Both the position numbers and the translations under genes were made by a program. The notes below the pieces were generated by a model. The model saw only the letters and a list, made by a program, of their open reading frames with translations. It was not told the origin of the DNA and made no database searches. A stretch of DNA of 64,000 nucleotides, taken from the NCBI GenBank assembly GCA_045806925.1, contig JBJMII010000102.1, forward strand, positions 1,478-65,477. Direction: 5' to 3'. Positions 59,194-64,000 of the stretch are shown here, piece after piece (position 1 is the stretch's first letter; each line of letters begins with the position of its first letter). Origin of the DNA: Mycobacteriales bacterium (GTDB lineage Bacteria; Actinomycetota; Actinomycetes; Mycobacteriales; CADCTP01).

Positions 59194-61443
59194 TCAACAC
59201 TGCACGTCCGGCCCTAGACGGCCGCTAGCGCGCCGGAAGCCCCGCCGACCGCCGGACCGGCGAACCCGCGGCCCTGCCTGTCCCTCCACGTCGATGGCCG
59301 GCAGCAGGCGATCGAGCCAGCGCGGAACCCACCAGTTCGCGTCCCCCAGCAGCTTCATCGTCGCCGGCACCACGATCATCCGTACGATCGTCGCGTCGAT
59401 GAAGATGGCGGTGGCCAGGCCGAGGCCGAACATCTTGATTCTCGGGTCGTCACCCAGGGCGAAACCGAGGAAGACCGAAATCATGATCAGAGCTGCCGAC
59501 GTGATCACCCGGGCGGTGCGGGCGATGCCATTGATCACGGAGGTGTCGTTGTCGCCGGTGCGGATGTATTCCTCACGCACCCGGGAGAGGAGGAACACCT
59601 CGTAGTCCATCGACAGGCCGAAGAGGATGGCGAACATGAACATCGGGATGAACGAGACGATCGGCACGGTGGATTCCAGGCCGATGATGCCGGCGCCCCA
59701 TCCCCACTGGAACACCATGACCAGCACGCCGTACGAGGCGCCGATGCTCAGCAGGTTCAGCAGCGCTGCCTTCAGCGGCACGAGCACCGACCGGAAGACC
59801 AGGGTGAGCAGCAGGAAGGACAGCAGGATCACCGCGGCGACGAACAGCGGCAGCCGATCCCGGACCCGGCCGCCGACGTCGGCGAAGGTCGCGGTCTGGC
59901 CACCGACGTGAGCTCGCGCCGGGCTCTGGTCGAGCACGGACGGGAACACGACCGTCCGCAGCCTCTGCACCGTGTCGAACGTGGCCTCGTCCTGCGGTCC
60001 GGTGGTGGGGTACGCAACCAGCGTCGCGACGCCGGCTCCGGGGTTCACCGCGGCCGGGGCGACCGCGGCAATGCCATCGTCCGCCAGCACGGCGTCGCGC
60101 AGCGGACCGAGCACGCGAGGGTCCTCGGAGGTGTCGACGGCGATGACCAGTGGGCCGTTGACACCGGGACCGAAGCCCTCCGCGACGAGGTCGTAGGCCC
60201 GCCGCTCGGTGCGGGACTCGGGTAGCGCTCCGTCGTCGGGGTTGCCCACCCGGAGGGCCAGCACGGGTGCGGTGAGCGCCAGGAGAAGCAGGGTGAAGCC
60301 GATCAGGTAGACCCACGCGTTCCCGGAGACGTGGGCGACCCATCGCCGCCAGCCCACCGCGGCGCCGTCCCGGGCAGTGGACCGCCGGAGGCCGAGGCGG
60401 TTGATCCAGTGCCCGGCAATACCGAGGAACGCGGGCAGCAGCGTGACCGACGCGATCATCATGATCAGCACGATGACCGAGATGGCGATACCGCCGGCGG
60501 TCATGAACGGTATGCCGGCGACGGCGAGACCGAGGATCGCGATGACGACGGTGCCACCGGCGAAGACCACTGCCCGACCGGCCGTGGCGACGGCGCGACC
60601 GGCTGACTCCGCGACGGTCATCCCGCGGGCGAGGTACTCGCGGTGTCGGACGACCAGGAACAGGGCGTAGTCGATGCCCACCCCGAGGCCGACCATGCTG
60701 CCGATGACCGGTGCCCAGCTGGGGATGTCGATCAGGTAGGTGACTAGCGACATCGAGCTGATGCCGAGGGCGAGGCCGAAGATCGCCATCCCGATCGGGA
60801 GGACCATGGCGATCAGTGATCCGAATGCCAGCAGCAGGATGACGACCGCTGCGGCCAGACCGAGGATCTCGCCCGGGCCCGCGCCGCTCTGCTCGAACGC
60901 GAAGAACAGGTCGCCACCCATCTCGATCCGCAGCGGAGAACCCTCCCGGGCCGTGGCGCCGAGCTCCTTGAGGTCGTCGAGAACGGCCGGGTCCAGTCCT
61001 TCGAGCGGCGGGTACTGGACCCGGATGAGCGCGACCCGCCCGTCAGGCGACACCGCTCCACTCGCCGCGGCCGCGCCGGGTCCCTTGGCCAGCGCACCGG
61101 CGGCGTCCGTGGCGCCGAGCACCGTGGGCAGGTCGGCGACCATCTGCTGGACCTCGGTCAGTGCGGCCCGGGCGTCGGCCGAGTCGAAGAACGTCGCCCG
61201 GTCGTCGAGCGGCGTGAGGACCACCTGCGCGGTGAGCCCGGCCTGCTCCGCCCCGGCGGCCGTGAGCAGCTCGGCGGCCTCCTGGGAGTCGGCACCCGGA
61301 GCGTCGAAGGTGTCCTCGAGCTGGCGGCCGAGAGCGCCGGACGCTCCGACCACGAACACCGAGACGACGAGCCATGTCCCGATCACCGCCCACGGGCGGC
61401 GCGCGGCGAAGCGGCCCAGCCGGTACAGAGCCTGCGACATCAT
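59194..61443 (-). CDS. MMPL-family (RND superfamily) membrane transporter
   Basis: 749 aa with two 6-TM bundles, starting MMSQALYRLGRFAARRPWAV. GGAGGAG RBS. The stop lies 3 nt before the LeuA-paralogue start. Confidence 0.85.
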   Translation of the reverse strand: MMSQALYRLGRFAARRPWAVIGTWLVVSVFVVGASGALGRQLEDTFDAPGADSQEAAELLTAAGAEQAGLTAQVVLTPLDDRATFFDSADARAALTEVQQMVADLPTVLGATDAAGALAKGPGAAAASGAVSPDGRVALIRVQYPPLEGLDPAVLDDLKELGATAREGSPLRIEMGGDLFFAFEQSGAGPGEILGLAAAVVILLLAFGSLIAMVLPIGMAIFGLALGISSMSLVTYLIDIPSWAPVIGSMVGLGVGIDYALFLVVRHREYLARGMTVAESAGRAVATAGRAVVFAGGTVVIAILGLAVAGIPFMTAGGIAISVIVLIMMIASVTLLPAFLGIAGHWINRLGLRRSTARDGAAVGWRRWVAHVSGNAWVYLIGFTLLLLALTAPVLALRVGNPDDGALPESRTERRAYDLVAEGFGPGVNGPLVIAVDTSEDPRVLGPLRDAVLADDGIAAVAPAAVNPGAGVATLVAYPTTGPQDEATFDTVQRLRTVVFPSVLDQSPARAHVGGQTATFADVGGRVRDRLPLFVAAVILLSFLLLTLVFRSVLVPLKAALLNLLSIGASYGVLVMVFQWGWGAGIIGLESTVPIVSFIPMFMFAILFGLSMDYEVFLLSRVREEYIRTGDNDTSVINGIARTARVITSAALIMISVFLGFALGDDPRIKMFGLGLATAIFIDATIVRMIVVPATMKLLGDANWWVPRWLDRLLPAIDVEGQAGPRVRRSGGRRGFRRASGRLGPDVQC

Positions 61444-61488
61444 CGTGATCTCCTCCGGGGTTCCCCGGTGCGGTACGGCGACCGGGTG

Positions 61489-61506
61489 GCCTCATCGTCA
61501 TGAGGC
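61489..61506. promoter_or_regulatory. 7-bp inverted repeat (GCCTCAT-N4-ATGAGGC) in the divergent MMPL / histidine-kinase intergenic region
   Basis: Read directly from the sequence. Its function is unknown. Confidence 0.25.
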
Positions 61507-61579
61507 TCCATCGCGGGCACATCGGCCCGGGCGCCAGGATTTCGGCTGGCCGATCGGGTGAGGAGCGGGCAGAATCGCC

Positions 61580-62776
61580 GTGCTTTCGGCCGATCCGCCG
61601 TACGCGTGGGTTCTCTACGGTGAGGTCGTGGTGGGAGACGCCGTCCGCTCGATGTGGGCCGAGCCCCGAGCCCCGCAGCCGCCGGAGCGGGTGTGGCGGG
61701 ACTGGCTGCTCGTCGCCGTGCTGGTGCCGACGGCGGTCCTCGAAGGCGTCTTCCGCCCGGACCTGGTGTGGCGGCCCGTCGCGCTCGTGCTCGCCGTCGC
61801 GCTGGTCTTCACGCTGCTGTGGCGGCGCACGCACCCTCTTGCCATGGTCGCGGTCGCGTTCGGCGCCGTGATCGCCGTGAGCGTCGCCTCGGTCTGGGCC
61901 GGCGGACCGGTCGGGCTCTACACCATGATCTTCATCTTGCTGCTCCCCTACTCGTTGTTCCGCTGGGGAGCGGGCCGGGAAGCCGCGATCGGGCTGGCCA
62001 TCATGGTGGTCGCCGGTGTCCTCGGTACGGCGGTCGACTACCCGGGCATCGTCGAGGCGGCAGTCGGCGGCCTGTTCCTGCTCTTCCCCGCGGTGCTCGG
62101 TGCATCGGTCCGCTACCGGAGCACCGCCCGGCTGCGTGAGATGGACCAGGTCAGGCTCCGCGAGCGGGAACAGTTGGCGCGCGAGTTGCACGACACGGTC
62201 GCCCACCACATCTCGGCCATCGCGATCAGGGCGCAGGCCGGCCGGGTGGTCGCCGCCTCCCGTCCCGACGCCGCCCTGGACGCTCTCGACGTCATCGAGG
62301 AGGAGGCCTCGCGGACTCTCGTCGAGATGCGCGGCATGGTCGGTGTCCTGCGCGAGGGCGGCGAGGAACCCGATCTGGCCCCGCAACGCGGAGTCGCCGA
62401 CATCGAGCGGCTCGCCGGCGGTGTCGGGGGCCGGCCGCGGGTCGAGGTGGACCTCTCGGGTGACCTCGACGAACTCAGGCCGCCGGTCGCCGCGGCGATC
62501 TACCGCATCGCCCAGGAGTCGATCACGAACGCGGTGCGGCACGCACGGCACGCGACCCGCGTCGATGTCTCGGTCGCCGGCGATGACGACTGCGTGCGAC
62601 TGACCGTCCGCGACGACGGCGATGCCAGCTCGAGCGGCCGGAGCTGGGCGGGCTACGGCCTGGTCGGCATGGCCGAACGAGCGATGCTCCTCGGTGGCAC
62701 CCTCGATGCCGGTCCCAGTCCCGACGGGGGCTGGACGGTCAGCGCAGTGCTGCCGAGGAGGATCCCGGTCACATGA
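61580..62776 (+). CDS. Sensor histidine kinase, HisKA_3 / NarL-partner type
   Basis: ARELHDTVAHHISAIAIRA H-box, the ITNAVRHA N-box and GYGLVGMAERA. 4-5 N-terminal TM segments. The start is uncertain (GTG 61580 or ATG 61652). Confidence 0.8.
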   Translation: MLSADPPYAWVLYGEVVVGDAVRSMWAEPRAPQPPERVWRDWLLVAVLVPTAVLEGVFRPDLVWRPVALVLAVALVFTLLWRRTHPLAMVAVAFGAVIAVSVASVWAGGPVGLYTMIFILLLPYSLFRWGAGREAAIGLAIMVVAGVLGTAVDYPGIVEAAVGGLFLLFPAVLGASVRYRSTARLREMDQVRLREREQLARELHDTVAHHISAIAIRAQAGRVVAASRPDAALDALDVIEEEASRTLVEMRGMVGVLREGGEEPDLAPQRGVADIERLAGGVGGRPRVEVDLSGDLDELRPPVAAAIYRIAQESITNAVRHARHATRVDVSVAGDDDCVRLTVRDDGDASSSGRSWAGYGLVGMAERAMLLGGTLDAGPSPDGGWTVSAVLPRRIPVT

Positions 62777-63429
62777 GCATCCGCGTGCTCGTCGCTGATG
62801 ATCAGGAGATCGTCCGGACAGGTCTGGCGATGATCCTCGACGCCCAGCCGGACATCGAAGTGGTCGGGCAGGCGGCGGACGGACGCGCGGCGGTGGCCCT
62901 GGCCCGCAAGCTCCGCCCCGACGTGTGCCTCTTCGACATCCGCATGCCCGAGGTGGACGGGATCGAGGCAACCCGACAGCTCGCCGGCCCCGGTGTCGAC
63001 GACCCGATCGCGATCGTCGTGATCACGACTTTCGACCTCGACGAGTACGTGCACGGCGCCCTCAAGGCAGGTGCCCGAGGCTTCCTGCTCAAGGACGCCG
63101 GACCCGCACTCCTGATCCAGGCGATCCAGGCCGCCGCCGGCGGTGACGCGCTCATCGCCCCGAACGTCACCGGCCGACTCCTCGCCGCGTTCTCCGATGC
63201 CCGGGGAAAGCGGCCGCCGGCCCAGCCCGCCGAACCGCTCACCCTCCGGGAGGAGGAGGTCCTGATCACGGTGGCCCGCGGTCGCACCAACGCCGAGATC
63301 GCCGGCGAGCTGCACATCAGCCTCAGCACGGTCAAGACCCATCTGGCCAGCCTGATGAACAAGCTCGGTGCCCGAAACCGCGTTGAAATCGTGATGTGGG
63401 CGTACGAAACGGAGCGGATCAAGAGCTGA
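62773..63429 (+). CDS. NarL/LuxR-family response regulator
   Basis: VLVADDQEIVR...FDIRMPEVDG receiver domain; LTLREEEVLITVARGRTNAEIAGELHISLSTVKTH HTH. ATG overlaps the kinase stop (ATGA). Confidence 0.9.
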   Translation: MSIRVLVADDQEIVRTGLAMILDAQPDIEVVGQAADGRAAVALARKLRPDVCLFDIRMPEVDGIEATRQLAGPGVDDPIAIVVITTFDLDEYVHGALKAGARGFLLKDAGPALLIQAIQAAAGGDALIAPNVTGRLLAAFSDARGKRPPAQPAEPLTLREEEVLITVARGRTNAEIAGELHISLSTVKTHLASLMNKLGARNRVEIVMWAYETERIKS

Positions 63430-63493
63430 TCCGGAGGTTCTGCACGAAGGCCTGTCCGGCGGCGATCCACCGGCCGATGCTGCCGCGCCGATC

Positions 63494-64000
63494 TCAACCA
63501 AGATCACCAGTGGATCCGGGCTCGGACCGGCCGGAGTAGGTCTGCTCCCCGGCCCGTATGGGGACCGTCAACCAGTTCTCCCGGGGCGCCAACGGACAGG
63601 CGTATCGCCAGTCGTAGGCACAGGACGGGTTGTACGCATAGTTGAAGTCGACGACTGCGTGATCAGCATGCAGGACGACGCCCCGACCAAAAGTGCCCTT
63701 GATGGTGTCGAGTAGATAACGGCCCGCGCCGTAGGTGGCGCTGCCCGACGTCAGGTCCCGGAACGGCATGAAGAGGCCGCCGGCGTACCCGGTCAGCCAG
63801 AACATGGTCAGCTCCCCGAACGGGGTGCCGAGTCGAGCGACTCTGCGGTAATGGAGGATGCCGTCCTCTCCGCCGGTGTCGATGGTGACCTCTCCGTCGT
63901 CCGCGTCCGGAACGAGCGTGGCTTGGACCCGATACTGGACGTCATATTCAAAGAACGGCAGAGTATCGAGTCTCTCCCGATCGTCGGGTTCCAGTGCCGA
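63494..64000 (-). CDS. DUF1684-family protein; 5' end lies outside the window
   Basis: The frame is open to the window edge. MPFRDLTSGSATYGAGRYL, DFNYAYNPSCAY and CPLAPRENWL...IRAGE are DUF1684-like blocks. Confidence 0.65.
   Translation of the reverse strand, partial: SALEPDDRERLDTLPFFEYDVQYRVQATLVPDADDGEVTIDTGGEDGILHYRRVARLGTPFGELTMFWLTGYAGGLFMPFRDLTSGSATYGAGRYLLDTIKGTFGRGVVLHADHAVVDFNYAYNPSCAYDWRYACPLAPRENWLTVPIRAGEQTYSGRSEPGSTGDLG

Noticed and set aside
1-64000. A search for tRNA, rRNA, tmRNA, RNase P and riboswitch signatures.
   Set aside because: I noticed no T-loop-type GGTTCGAATCC/GGTTCAAGTCC motifs or recognisable conserved RNA cores in the intergenic regions. Absence by eye is weak evidence, and an Infernal/tRNAscan run would be decisive.

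Overview
High-G+C actinomycete chromosomal window, densely coding on both strands. I saw no rRNA, tRNA, CRISPR array, transposase or integrase. All family calls come from motifs read in the translations, not from searches.

Main blocks:
- (i) 1-6834: a small translationally coupled NRPS-type operon. It holds A-PCP, a PhyH dioxygenase, an FkbO/Hyg5-like chorismatase, a stand-alone C domain, a frameshifted acyl-AMP ligase and a double-hotdog thioesterase.
- (ii) 6867-22800: mixed housekeeping and accessory genes. These include a GH3 glucosidase, dinB with a LexA-type box, a PLD-like protein, a TetR-kup pair, oxidoreductases, an orphan FetB-like permease, a BNR protein and CsbD.
- (iii) 22875-26909: an MTAP / methyltransferase / P450 mini-locus with a 3 x 16 bp direct repeat.
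- (iv) 27040-29041: PTS EIIB-EIIA and a convergent EIIC, both preceded by DasR-type dre boxes.
- (v) 29069-37241: an envelope-type locus. It holds GT87, a membrane-anchored Mo-oxidoreductase, an OmpR-type two-component system, and GT2, DUF2064, methyltransferase and epimerase genes.
- (vi) 37450-42700: a decayed, lower-G+C stretch with a dehalogenase pseudogene, two toxin-antitoxin remnants and an orphan secreted protein.
- (vii) 42686-61443: the most interesting block, a run of 13 consecutive minus-strand genes, from an MMPL exporter gene (3 nt upstream of the next start) through 12 almost gap-free biosynthetic and transporter genes, with no NRPS or PKS. It combines a LeuA paralogue, MaoC, an IPNS-type oxygenase, a CitE-like protein, an orphan protein, an esterase, an AONS-like PLP enzyme, an OCD-like protein, an amidase, a methyltransferase, an MFS transporter and a GspS-like ATP-grasp ligase. 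The run starts with the MMPL exporter gene and is followed by a large SARP/AfsR regulator. I read it as an uncharacterised amide-ligase-based small-molecule pathway.
- (viii) 61580-64000: a NarL-type two-component system and a partial DUF1684 gene.

Several genes carry indels at G/C runs. These are either real decay or assembly error.
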